Origin: an uncultured bacterium
GTDB taxonomy: Bacteria > Zixibacteria > MSB-5A5 > CAIYYT01
Length of the DNA stretch: 64,000 nt
Reading direction: 5' to 3'
NCBI GenBank assembly: GCA_963726455.1
Contig: CAVSCK010000004.1
Span: 1,696,001-1,760,000 of the forward strand
This document shows, in pieces, positions 31,145-40,611 of this stretch. The notes under the pieces were generated by a model. It had not been told where the DNA came from, ran no database searches, and worked only from the letters and a program-made list of their open reading frames with translations. Position numbers and translations under genes: made by a program. The first letter of the stretch is position 1, and each line of letters begins with the position of its first letter.

Positions 31145-32634
31145 TGAGCATAGAACCGCTGGAAATATTTAACGGCGAGGCAGTGCCTCTGAATAAGTGT
31201 CCGATTCTGCCGATCAGCGATTTTCGCAGAATTGTGATCGCGGACGCAAAGCAGAATTGCCATTTGTCGGCGTTGTTCTGTGCCAGATTTAATGACACGA
31301 TGCGGATGTATGCTGCCACCAGCGATGCAAGTCACGCGAAACTCAAGCTGATGGCTTGCGAGGTGGCAGAAAATTATCCAGCGATAACTCCCGACTGTTC
31401 TCAGGCACATTGGTTTGAGCGGGAGATTTACGAGCAATGGCATATACATCCTGACGGTCACCCGTGGCTTAAGCCGATTCGTTTCGAGAACTCAGGCATT
31501 GGCAACCAATCGCCTGTTATCGGTGCAACGGATTTCTTTGCGTTGGAAGGCGAGGAAGTTCACGAGGTCGCTGTCGGTCCGGTGCATGCCGGAGTAATTG
31601 AACCGGGGCACTTTCGTTTTCAGTGTCATGGTGAGACAGTATACCATCTCGAGATTTCACTCGGGTATCAACACCGAGGAGTGGAACAGGCATTGGTCGG
31701 CGGTCCTAATGTGCGAACCATGCATTACATGGAAACACTTGCCGGTGATACGACTATTGGACATTCCTCAGCATACTGCCGGCTTATCGAAGCGTTGAGT
31801 CGCGCGTCGGTTCCTCATACCGCGATGGGCATTCGAGGAATTGCCGAGGAGTTGGAACGGCTGGCGAATCATATCGGCGACCTGGGAGCATTGGCAAGTG
31901 ACATCGGGTTCCTTCCGACTCAGAATTACTGCGGTCGAATTAGAGGTGACGTGCTCAACCTGACCGCTTTGATTTGCGGCAATCGCTTCGGGCGAGGACT
32001 TGTCAGGCCGGGCGGCGTCAAATACGAACTAGATTCCCAACTGGCTGAACAATTGGCGATGAAACTTGAAATTGTGAATCGGGATTTGGAAGTGGCGGCA
32101 TCGCTGTTCTTCAACAACCCCTCTGTCCTGGCGCGTCTGGAAGGAACCGGAACAGTGACGTCTGCGGAAGCCCGCGCAATCGGCATGGTGGGAGTGGCGG
32201 CGCGTGCTTCGGGACTCGAGCTTGATGTTCGCAGCCAATTCCCATACGGAATCTACCGATTTTCAACGCTGCCGTTTTTCACGCAGGCCGGTGGCGATTG
32301 TTTTGCGCGTGCTTATGTGCGTCTGCTCGAAATCAAGCAGTCGATTCCCTTCATTCGCGATCAGCTCGAGTCGCTCGGAGAAGGCCAGATCGCCAATGAA
32401 TGTCCCGCAATTAGAGAGAATATGATAGCCGTGTCGCTTGGTGAGGGCTGGCGAGGCGAGATTTGTCATGTTGCGGCCACAGATGAACAGGGACGGTTCG
32501 CATTTTACAAGATCGTCGATCCGTCATTTCACAACTGGTTTGGACTGGCATTGGCAGTGCGCGATCAACAGATATCGGACTTTCCGCTCTGCAACAAGAG
32601 CTTCAATCTGTCCTATTGCGGACATGATCTGTAA
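31141..32634 (+). CDS. hyfG: Ehr large subunit (NuoCD/HyfG-like, lacking NiFe-ligand CxxC motifs)
   Basis: HWFEREI, VGPVHAGVIEPGHFRF, LGYQHRGVE, ELERLANH, EGWRG, DFPLCNKSFNLSYCGHDL. No RxCGxC and no DPCxxC. Confidence 0.88.
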   Translation: MMSIEPLEIFNGEAVPLNKCPILPISDFRRIVIADAKQNCHLSALFCARFNDTMRMYAATSDASHAKLKLMACEVAENYPAITPDCSQAHWFEREIYEQWHIHPDGHPWLKPIRFENSGIGNQSPVIGATDFFALEGEEVHEVAVGPVHAGVIEPGHFRFQCHGETVYHLEISLGYQHRGVEQALVGGPNVRTMHYMETLAGDTTIGHSSAYCRLIEALSRASVPHTAMGIRGIAEELERLANHIGDLGALASDIGFLPTQNYCGRIRGDVLNLTALICGNRFGRGLVRPGGVKYELDSQLAEQLAMKLEIVNRDLEVAASLFFNNPSVLARLEGTGTVTSAEARAIGMVGVAARASGLELDVRSQFPYGIYRFSTLPFFTQAGGDCFARAYVRLLEIKQSIPFIRDQLESLGEGQIANECPAIRENMIAVSLGEGWRGEICHVAATDEQGRFAFYKIVDPSFHNWFGLALAVRDQQISDFPLCNKSFNLSYCGHDL

Positions 32635-32646
32635 CGAGGTTGAATA

Positions 32647-33435
32647 ATGTACCAGATACTTAGGGCAAGACTGCAACAAAGATACCGGACCATGAAATAT
32701 CCTCATGGCGAGTTGCCGGAGTTGCCTCCGCGGTTTGCCGGCCGTCCTATAATTACCAAGGAATGCGCGAACTCGTGCAAGTCATGCCTTGACGTGTGCC
32801 CCACTCATGCCATCGCACAAGCGCAGCAATCTCTGCAGCTAGACACCGGACGATGCCTCTTCTGTCGCGAGTGTGAGAAGTCGTGCCCTGAAGGGGTCAT
32901 CAAGTTCACTGCCAATCATCAACTGGCAGCGGCAAGTCGAGATGCGCTTGTAATCAGTTCTCGAAATCCGGAACATTGTATCGCTCTCAACGAACTGGCA
33001 AGAAAGTTCTTCTCGAATTCCCTGAAGTTGCGACAGGTTTCGGCAGGCGGATGTAACGCCTGCGAAGCAGATTCAAATGTATTGGGTACTCCCGCTTGGG
33101 ATATGGGGCGTTTCGGTATCCAGTTTGTTGCGTCCCCTCGTCATGCAGACGGTTTGTTGATCACCGGTCCGGTGACAGAGAATATGAGGTTGGCACTCAA
33201 GAAGACATACGACGCGGTTCCAGATCCCAAAATCGTGATCGCGGTCGGCGCCTGTGCCATCGCCGGCGGGCCTTACATTGACCACCCGCAGGTACATAAT
33301 GGTGCGTCCAGCGAAGTGCCTGTCGATCTGTACATCCCGGGCTGCCCGCCACATCCACTAACGATTCTCGATGGCTTGCTTCGGTTTCTCGGCAAGATTC
33401 CCGATTTGTCGAGCAACGCGAACGTCAACCGCTAA
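32647..33435 (+). CDS. hyfI: Ehr small subunit: 2x[4Fe-4S] ferredoxin fused to a NuoB/HyfI-like domain
   Basis: CANSCKSCLDVCP, CLFCRECEKSCP; GGCNACE, ASPRHAD, GACAIAGG, PGCPPHP. Confidence 0.88.
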   Translation: MYQILRARLQQRYRTMKYPHGELPELPPRFAGRPIITKECANSCKSCLDVCPTHAIAQAQQSLQLDTGRCLFCRECEKSCPEGVIKFTANHQLAAASRDALVISSRNPEHCIALNELARKFFSNSLKLRQVSAGGCNACEADSNVLGTPAWDMGRFGIQFVASPRHADGLLITGPVTENMRLALKKTYDAVPDPKIVIAVGACAIAGGPYIDHPQVHNGASSEVPVDLYIPGCPPHPLTILDGLLRFLGKIPDLSSNANVNR

Positions 33436-33552
33436 AGCCGGCTTTCAATTCCTACCCGGACTACATATATTCCTCGCCACGAAAATGTTCTGTTGTGAAC
33501 GATGGACTGTCGGCAATCAGCACGCTCCATCGGGAAGCGGTAATTCTTGCGT

Positions 33553-34311
33553 ATGTCAGTAACCATGATTGACGAACTTGTGTTAAAGATCGGAACTCTG
33601 ACGAAAGTGTACGAGCAAGTCAGAGCCGTCGATAGCATATCGTTCGAATTGCGCTCCGGAGAGATCATAGGCCTACTCGGTCCGAACGGCGCCGGCAAAT
33701 CTACGACGATCAACATGATCCTGGGAATTCTGCAGCCGACCTCGGGATCGATTGAGATTTTCGGTATGGATATGGCCTCGCATCGATCGGTGATTAGCCG
33801 GAGCGTTAATTTCGCGGCGGTGTATGCCCACATGCCGCTCAACTTAACCGTGCAACAGAACCTGCGCATATTCGGGCTGATATATGGTGTCAGGCGGTTG
33901 AAAGACAGAATCGAGGAATTGTTGGAGGAGTTTGACCTGCGGCAATTCGCCGATACGAAAGCCGGTATCCTTTCCTCTGGGGAATTAAGTCGACTGAGTT
34001 TGGCCAAAGCTGTGATCAACAATCCGCGCCTGCTCCTGCTGGACGAACCTACCGCGTCGCTCGATCCGAGTATTTCGAGAACTATCCGGGCGACGATTCG
34101 GGATTATGTGAAGAAGACCGGGACTGCCGTCCTTTGGACTTCACATAACATGCGGGAAATTGAGGAAGTCTGCGACCACGTGCTGTTCCTTTCGCATGGA
34201 AGTATTCTGCTTTCCGGAAATCCCAAGACCCTGGCGTCCGAATACTCCAAGAACGACCTCGAGGAACTGTTCATCGCGGTGGCCCGGGAGCCGTTGACAT
34301 TAAAGGAATAG
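33553..34311 (+). CDS. ABC-2 type exporter ATP-binding protein
   Basis: GPNGAGKST, LSSGE, LLLLDEPT, SH motif. Confidence 0.92.
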   Translation: MSVTMIDELVLKIGTLTKVYEQVRAVDSISFELRSGEIIGLLGPNGAGKSTTINMILGILQPTSGSIEIFGMDMASHRSVISRSVNFAAVYAHMPLNLTVQQNLRIFGLIYGVRRLKDRIEELLEEFDLRQFADTKAGILSSGELSRLSLAKAVINNPRLLLLDEPTASLDPSISRTIRATIRDYVKKTGTAVLWTSHNMREIEEVCDHVLFLSHGSILLSGNPKTLASEYSKNDLEELFIAVAREPLTLKE

Positions 34312-34314
34312 ACC

Positions 34315-35121
34315 ATGATTTTCACGCGAACATACGCCATCTTTCTGCGTCAGCTTTATTTGTTTCGAAGCAATCCCACGCGCCTGGCCAGCATCTTTCT
34401 CTGGATGGTTATCGACATCATTCAATGGGGATTCATCAGCAAGTACTTCGGGACTTTCGGAAGTTCGACGTTCGGCTTTCTGGCCGCGATTCTTGGCGCG
34501 ATCGTTCTCTGGGGATTTGTCAGTCGCATTCAACAAGGGATCATGACCAGCTTTCTGGAGGACATCTGGTCACGCAATTTCATCAATTTCTTCGCGTCCC
34601 CTCTCAAGATCATCGAGTACCTCAGCGGCCTTGTGCTCACCAGCATCGCTACCGGCCTGATCGGTTTTGTAGTGGTGGTACTGATTGCCGGCATAGGTTT
34701 CGACTACGATTTCTTCGCAATCGGATTGCACCTACTGCCCTTCATGGCGATTTTGTTGGTCTTTGGTATTGCCATGGGAATCTTTGTCTCTGCAGTGATC
34801 TTCCGACTCGGACCGACCGCCGAATGGCTCGGCTGGCCGATTCCGCTGGTGCTGTCAGTCTTTTCCGGAGTCTTCTATCCCGTCGCGACATTGCCGACAG
34901 CATTTCAAGTTATCTCAAGATTGATTCCGGCCTCTTACGTCTTCGAAAACCTCCGAGTTGTGTTGGCAGTAGGGTCACCTTTGGTGAAACCGGGTCCAAG
35001 CATCCTCATCGGCGGTCTGCTTGCCCTGCTCTATCTTGCGGCCGCATACGCCTTCTTCATCCGCATTTACAAGCGCAACCTTGAAAATGGCGCGATTGCC
35101 CAGTTCAATGCGGAGGCGTAA
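34315..35121 (+). CDS. ABC-2 type exporter permease
   Basis: About six TM helices; FSGVFYPVATLP...P.SYVFE motif. Confidence 0.88.
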   Translation: MIFTRTYAIFLRQLYLFRSNPTRLASIFLWMVIDIIQWGFISKYFGTFGSSTFGFLAAILGAIVLWGFVSRIQQGIMTSFLEDIWSRNFINFFASPLKIIEYLSGLVLTSIATGLIGFVVVVLIAGIGFDYDFFAIGLHLLPFMAILLVFGIAMGIFVSAVIFRLGPTAEWLGWPIPLVLSVFSGVFYPVATLPTAFQVISRLIPASYVFENLRVVLAVGSPLVKPGPSILIGGLLALLYLAAAYAFFIRIYKRNLENGAIAQFNAEA

Positions 35122-35148
35122 TTGGTATCGGGGTGTCGTATCTATTGG

Positions 35149-38100
35149 CTAACGAAATTCCCTTACGACAATTGAGTCTTCAATCCTGCCAAAACGCAGT
35201 GGCGTAAACTGCTCACCCATAATATTGATGACGCCCTCTTCCCTTTCCAGTGTCCCCTGTACCATCAGGCAATTTGAATAGACTACCGCTTTGCGGCACA
35301 GAGTGACGTAGTGCGGTTTGACGACGATATTGAAAAAGCCGCACTCATCTTCCAGCGTCAAGAACAGAAATCCTTTGGCGGTCATCGGACGCTGGCGGAT
35401 GATCACGATGCCCGCCACCGTAACTTGCTGTTTATCCCTCAGATGTTTGATATCGCCCGACGACAACACCCCGCGCGTCGACAATGCCTTCCTGACCAGA
35501 CTCATGGGATGCGGTCCGGTGGACAGCTCCATCCCACCGAAATCGGCGACCAGTTCCTCGGTGACATTCATCGGCAACAGCAATTCCTGCCCGGCGTTAT
35601 CGTTGGCAATCGGCAATTCCGAATCGCCACGCGGAATCAGTGCCAGTATCTGCCAGAGCGCCTGTCGGCGTGTCAGGCCAAACGATTGAAAGGCGTTCAC
35701 CATAGCCAATTGTTCCAGCGAGTCGCGGTTCAATTCCGTGCGCCGGACAAAATGCTCAAGCGACACAAACGGTCCACCGGCAAGTTCACTTTCGATCTTT
35801 TCTTTCGCGGCCGTGCCCAAACTCTTGATATAGCGAAACCCCAGGCGAATTCCTTCCCCTTCAATCGCGCAGTCCCAGATGCTCCTGGTGACATCCACGG
35901 GGAAAAACTTTACCCCGCGCCGTCTGCCCTCATAAACGATTGTTGACGGCGAGTAGAATCCCAGCGGTTGGGCATTGAGCAGCGCGCAGTAGAATTCACG
36001 CGGATAATAGACTTTGAAAAAGGCCGACACATAGACCAGCAGCGCAAACGATGCCGCGTGCGATTCCGCAAAACCAAAATCGGCAAACGCCGAAAGCTGC
36101 ATGAAAATTTTCTCGGCGGCTTCACGGTCGATTCCGTTTTTCATCATCCCCGAAATTAGCCGCAAAGACAGCGCGTCCATTCTTTCTTTCGAGCGTTTGT
36201 GTCCCATCGCCCGCCGCAGTTCATCGGCTTCACTGGCAGTAAATCCGGCGGTCGCCACCGCTACTTGCATCCCCTGCTCCTGAAACAACGGTATTCCCAG
36301 AGTACGTTCCAGAATCGGTTTGAGCTTCGGGTGTGGGTAGGTAATCTCTTCCTCACCGTTGCGCCGCCTGAGGTACGGATGCACCATATCCCCCTGAATC
36401 GGTCCCGGCCTGATCAGCGCCACCTCAATTACGAGATCATAAAAGACGCGCGGTTTGTGGCGCGGCAAAGTGTTCATCTGTGCCCGCGATTCGACCTGAA
36501 AAATTCCGACCGTGTCCGCCGTGCAAAGCAAATCGTAAACTCTGGGATCGTCATAACTCAGTTTTGCCGGATCAATCGTAATGCCGTGCTGCTCTTTCAC
36601 GAGCCGAATGGCGATATCAATCATCGACAGCATGCCCAAACCGAGCAGATCAATTTTGATCATACCGACATCACCGCAGTCGTCCTTATCCCACTGAATC
36701 ACACTGCGGTCGGGCATAGTGGCATTTTCAATCGGAACAATCTCCGACAGCGGTTTTTTGGTGATGATCATGCCTCCGACATGGATACCAAGGTGGCGCG
36801 GGAAACTGCGAATCTCTTTGACCAATTCGGCCAACAGGCGCGCACGATGATGGTCAACATCCATGTTGGCCTCGTTCAATTGCTGCTCGATTTCGTTCTT
36901 GTCGGAAAAGTGGTCGAGTAACTTTGCCAACCGGTCAACATCGGTCAGCGAGAATCCTAGCGCTTTGCCGACATCACGCACCGCCGAGCGCCCGCGATAA
37001 CTGATGATCTCGCAGACCATACCGGCATGATCGCGGCCATATTTTGCATAGACATATTGGATAACTTCCTCGCGGCGGTTGTGGGCGATATCGATATCAA
37101 TGTCGGGGGGCTCCTTGCGTTCCTCTGAAATGAAGCGCTCGAACAGCAGCTTCAACCGGATCGGATCAACGGCCGTAATTTCCAGGCAATAGCAGACTGC
37201 GGAATTGGCGGCTGAACCGCGCCCCTGGCAGAGAATGCCGTTGAGATTGCAAAAACGGGCGATATCCCAGACAATCAGAAAGTAACCACCCAGATGGAGT
37301 TTGTTGATGATTCGCAACTCATGTTCCAGTTGTTGCCTGACCGGCTCGGACAATTCACCGTAGCGACGCTGGGCGCCTTCATAAGTCAGATTTCGTAAAT
37401 GGCTTTCGACCGTCTCACCGGAGGGCACCGGAAAATCAGGGAGCGAGGTTTTGAGTTTGCCGAGGACAAAATCGCAACGTGAAGCCACCGCCAGTGTATT
37501 GGCAACCGCCTCGGGACAGGCGGAGAATAGTGCGCGCATCTGCTCGGCAGATTTAAGGTAACGCTCGGCGTTGGGATAGAGAAAACCGTTGGCGCTATCA
37601 ACCGGCGTGTGATTCTTGATGCAGGTCAGCACGTCCTGTAGCTTGCGCAATTCCGGCACGGTGTAGTGCACGTTATTAGTCGCGACAATCGGGATTCCCT
37701 GCTTTTTTCCTAATGCCGCCAGTTTTTCACAAAGTTGTTCATCCTGTGGCAACCGGTGGTTTTGCAGCTCGAGATAGAAATTGTCTTTGCCGAAAAGTTC
37801 GCGATAGCGTCCCGCCAGATACCGCGCGTCTCCGACCGCATTTTTCAGTAGCAGCGCCGGGATTTCACCCAATTGACAACCTGACAGGGCCATCAGGCCT
37901 TTGCTGTTTTCGGCAAGCGTGTCGGGATTGAGTTTGGCTTCGCCTTTGGCATTTTCGATTTGCGCGGTCGTAAGTAAGCGCGAAAGGTTCGTGTAGCCGG
38001 TTTCATTTTTTATCAGCAACACCAGATGATGGCCATTGGTTAGCGTTACCTCGGCGCCGAAAATCGGCCGCACGCCATACTCGCGGGCGGTCTGCGCAAA

Positions 38101-38247
38101 ACGCACGATACCGTAAAGTCCGTTGTGATCGGTCAACGCCATGGCGGGAAAACTCAGTTTGGCGGCGGCCTTGATCAAATCCTCCGGATGCGACGCGCCA
38201 TCCAGAAAGGAGAAATTGCTGTGGCAGTGAAGCTCGACGTATTGCAT
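35149..38247 (-). CDS. dnaE2: Error-prone DNA polymerase DnaE2 (ImuC)
   Basis: YVELHCHSNFSFLDGASHPE PHP start, CQGRGSAANSAVCY, PPDIDID, FQVESRAQM, QRPMTAKG, C-terminal VREFR (SRDF-like). Start at ATG 38247. Confidence 0.95.
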   Translation of the reverse strand: MQYVELHCHSNFSFLDGASHPEDLIKAAAKLSFPAMALTDHNGLYGIVRFAQTAREYGVRPIFGAEVTLTNGHHLVLLIKNETGYTNLSRLLTTAQIENAKGEAKLNPDTLAENSKGLMALSGCQLGEIPALLLKNAVGDARYLAGRYRELFGKDNFYLELQNHRLPQDEQLCEKLAALGKKQGIPIVATNNVHYTVPELRKLQDVLTCIKNHTPVDSANGFLYPNAERYLKSAEQMRALFSACPEAVANTLAVASRCDFVLGKLKTSLPDFPVPSGETVESHLRNLTYEGAQRRYGELSEPVRQQLEHELRIINKLHLGGYFLIVWDIARFCNLNGILCQGRGSAANSAVCYCLEITAVDPIRLKLLFERFISEERKEPPDIDIDIAHNRREEVIQYVYAKYGRDHAGMVCEIISYRGRSAVRDVGKALGFSLTDVDRLAKLLDHFSDKNEIEQQLNEANMDVDHHRARLLAELVKEIRSFPRHLGIHVGGMIITKKPLSEIVPIENATMPDRSVIQWDKDDCGDVGMIKIDLLGLGMLSMIDIAIRLVKEQHGITIDPAKLSYDDPRVYDLLCTADTVGIFQVESRAQMNTLPRHKPRVFYDLVIEVALIRPGPIQGDMVHPYLRRRNGEEEITYPHPKLKPILERTLGIPLFQEQGMQVAVATAGFTASEADELRRAMGHKRSKERMDALSLRLISGMMKNGIDREAAEKIFMQLSAFADFGFAESHAASFALLVYVSAFFKVYYPREFYCALLNAQPLGFYSPSTIVYEGRRRGVKFFPVDVTRSIWDCAIEGEGIRLGFRYIKSLGTAAKEKIESELAGGPFVSLEHFVRRTELNRDSLEQLAMVNAFQSFGLTRRQALWQILALIPRGDSELPIANDNAGQELLLPMNVTEELVADFGGMELSTGPHPMSLVRKALSTRGVLSSGDIKHLRDKQQVTVAGIVIIRQRPMTAKGFLFLTLEDECGFFNIVVKPHYVTLCRKAVVYSNCLMVQGTLEREEGVINIMGEQFTPLRFGRIEDSIVVREFR

Positions 38248-38257
38248 GGTTTGCCCC

Positions 38258-39751
38258 TCAGTCAAAAACTCCCTGCATATACCAGCGCTGTTGTTCACGG
38301 TCGAAATAACAGAGCAGTGCTTCCCCCCGCGCAGTTTCGATTTCATAATACTGCCGGGTAAAGGCGCCCTCCCACCAATTACCTGATACTTCCCAGGGGC
38401 CCTGTTGGGAGGTGACTTTTCGTCGCTGACCACACCAGTTGATCTGTCGCAAGGCGCCGTCTCTGTCGTTGACTTCGATCACCGTTGCCGGTTCCAGTAA
38501 ACGCAATCCCGTCAGTGAGTGTTTGCAGAACGAAATAGCAGGGATCTGCGACTGCGAGATTCCATTGCGGGCTTTCGGACGTTGCGTCAGGAGTTGATAG
38601 GAACGCTCAGGGATGGGCGAGTATTGCAGTAGTGGATACAGTGGTTGACAGGAATTTGTCGCCGCGATTGAAATATCATCGCTGTCACGGCGATCCGCTG
38701 CCGGCAGCGCCAGTTGTTTGGGAGCATGTGAGGTAGTGACTATCGGGCCGACGCCAAGTTCGATCACACCGGCAGGCAAATCAATCTCCGCCAGTTTACA
38801 GCGCAGTTGACGCAGGAATTTTTCTATTGATAACGTCGGCTTTTCAACGGGGATCTCGATTAGGTGGCGGCTGCGATCATCACAACGTAATTGAATCGTA
38901 ATCTGCGCACAGGCCTTGCCCGCAATTTTGAGTTTGCCAAACAGTTTTTCCAAAAGCAGTCGCACATAGTTGGCGATCGGTTCAGCGCGGTAGATGGCGA
39001 ACCCGAGATAGATTTCCTCATGCCAATCATCGGGTGGTGTTTCGGGCACGAAGAAATCAGGATCCTCGCCGCGCGCCAGGCGCGACACCAGCCAGCCCTC
39101 CCGGGCGAAACGTTCCACCATTTCATTGGCGGGAAACTGTGCCACCTGCTGAATCGTGCGCAAACCAAGATTAAAAAGTTTATCGCGAAACTCGGCGCTG
39201 ATGGGCAGATGTTTGACCGGCAACGGCTGGATAAACGAATGCGTCCGGCCGGACGGGACAATCGTGCAGGTGAAGCCACGGGAAATCTCCGCGGCGACTT
39301 TCGCCGCGAATTGGTTGTCAGCAATCCCAATCTGTACCGGCAAACCGTATGATTTCACGGCCTCGATCAACCGCTGCGCCAATTGCGTTTCACCGCCATA
39401 CAGATGTTCGAAGCCCTCCGATTCAGTGACAAAACAACCTGAACCGACGGCATTTATCTGGGGCACCACCCGGCGCAGCAGGTCACAGATTTTCGTGGTC
39501 TCCTGCTGTTCGCGCTTGCTGTCATGAGTAACACGAATCAGGCCGGGACAGAGCATCACGCCCTGCGCGGCAGTCATCCCGACCGTGATCCCGGTCTTGG
39601 CAGCTTTACCGTTAACTTCGATAATCGCCGCGGTATCGGTGTCATCCTCCACGAGTACTACCGACTCCAACAACCAGGTCGGATTTTCACGGCAAAAAAG
39701 CGCCGTAGCAAACCGGGGGATCAACACCGCCGCGACACGCTTGGTCAGCAT
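38258..39751 (-). CDS. imuB: Y-family polymerase-like ImuB
   Basis: GITVGMTAAQG, IGIADNQFAAKVAA, LGLRTI, C-terminal GPWEVSGNWW...RQYY...WYMQGVFD; no Y-family catalytic DE pair evident. Confidence 0.9.
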   Translation of the reverse strand: MLTKRVAAVLIPRFATALFCRENPTWLLESVVLVEDDTDTAAIIEVNGKAAKTGITVGMTAAQGVMLCPGLIRVTHDSKREQQETTKICDLLRRVVPQINAVGSGCFVTESEGFEHLYGGETQLAQRLIEAVKSYGLPVQIGIADNQFAAKVAAEISRGFTCTIVPSGRTHSFIQPLPVKHLPISAEFRDKLFNLGLRTIQQVAQFPANEMVERFAREGWLVSRLARGEDPDFFVPETPPDDWHEEIYLGFAIYRAEPIANYVRLLLEKLFGKLKIAGKACAQITIQLRCDDRSRHLIEIPVEKPTLSIEKFLRQLRCKLAEIDLPAGVIELGVGPIVTTSHAPKQLALPAADRRDSDDISIAATNSCQPLYPLLQYSPIPERSYQLLTQRPKARNGISQSQIPAISFCKHSLTGLRLLEPATVIEVNDRDGALRQINWCGQRRKVTSQQGPWEVSGNWWEGAFTRQYYEIETARGEALLCYFDREQQRWYMQGVFD

Positions 39752-40401
39752 GGCAACAATTCCGCCTTTGTGCCTTCGCGTGTGAGACGGCTCTTGGTGG
39801 TAACGATTTCGGTAGCTCCACCGCGGCTGCGGGTCACTGTCAACTGCAAAGAAATTGAACTCGCAGGAAGAGTTCGTGAAACGCCCTCTGTCAGAAACAG
39901 CGCCACGGCTTTACTGCGGAGAACCAGTTGACGCAAACGATGCAGCAGGATGTGAGATATTTTTTCTTCCCTGCCGGCCAGGTCGAATACCACGCACCTG
40001 ATTCTGCCCTGTTGCAAGTACAGTTCGGCTGCGCGCATACCGGTATTGATCGACTCGGGTTGCAGCACCAAGATCTTTCCAACATCAATGCCGGTGGCTG
40101 CGGCCGCGGGCGGAAAGAAAGTCCGCCCAAAATCGATATAGAGAATATCCGTGCGTTGCGATATGCCCGTCAGAAGTTGCAGCAACACTGACGTTTTGCC
40201 GCAGGAAACACCGCCGGTGATTTCCAGCAGTTGTCCGGCCGGAACTCCGATATCGGGAAACAACGGCTGTAATACCGGACTGTTTACCGGAAAGCCCTCA
40301 CCTTGGCTGACATCGCCGACATACAGTGCCTCCGGCCATTGTTGGCTGACCAGCTCCTGAATTCGGCTGACTGTTGAAGTTTTTGATTCGGTGGCAATCA
40401 T
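39745..40401 (-). CDS. imuA: RecA-like ImuA/ImuA' accessory protein
   Basis: GVPAGQLLEITGGVSCGKTS Walker A, YID...FFPPAAAA.GID; first gene of the cassette; GGAGG RBS before ATG 40401. Confidence 0.85.
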   Translation of the reverse strand: MIATESKTSTVSRIQELVSQQWPEALYVGDVSQGEGFPVNSPVLQPLFPDIGVPAGQLLEITGGVSCGKTSVLLQLLTGISQRTDILYIDFGRTFFPPAAAATGIDVGKILVLQPESINTGMRAAELYLQQGRIRCVVFDLAGREEKISHILLHRLRQLVLRSKAVALFLTEGVSRTLPASSISLQLTVTRSRGGATEIVTTKSRLTREGTKAELLPC

Positions 40402-40425
40402 TTCATTCCTCCGCTGATTGTATAC

Positions 40426-40439
40426 TGCACAAATGTGCA
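40426..40439. promoter_or_regulatory. Putative LexA (SOS) box TGCAC-AAAT-GTGCA
   Basis: Perfect 5-4-5 palindrome between the -10 element and the imuA RBS. Confidence 0.75.
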
Positions 40440-40447
40440 CTACACTA

Positions 40448-40474
40448 ATTATACGGCAGAGGCAGGGCTGTCAA
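40448..40474 (-). promoter_or_regulatory. Putative sigma70 promoter of imuA-imuB-dnaE2
   Basis: TTGACA-N15-TATAAT on the minus strand (consensus hexamers, short spacer). Confidence 0.6.
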
Positions 40475-40546
40475 TCACATCAATCTTCTTTTTCTCAAAA
40501 AACCGGCGGCAACTTGGCAAACAGCCGGAAAACGTGTACCAATTGA

Positions 40547-40575
40547 TTGACAAAGAGACATAAAATTCCTATGGT
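40547..40575 (+). promoter_or_regulatory. Putative sigma70 promoter of galT
   Basis: TTGACA-N17-TATGGT. Confidence 0.55.
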
Positions 40576-40611
40576 GCAGGCACTGAAGACGATACCATCA
40601 AAGGAGCAGAG

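Noticed and set aside
38248-38433. N-terminal extension of dnaE2 in the ORF track
   Set aside because: Overlaps the imuB 3' end; the PHP domain starts at MQYVELHCH with a GAGGGG RBS.
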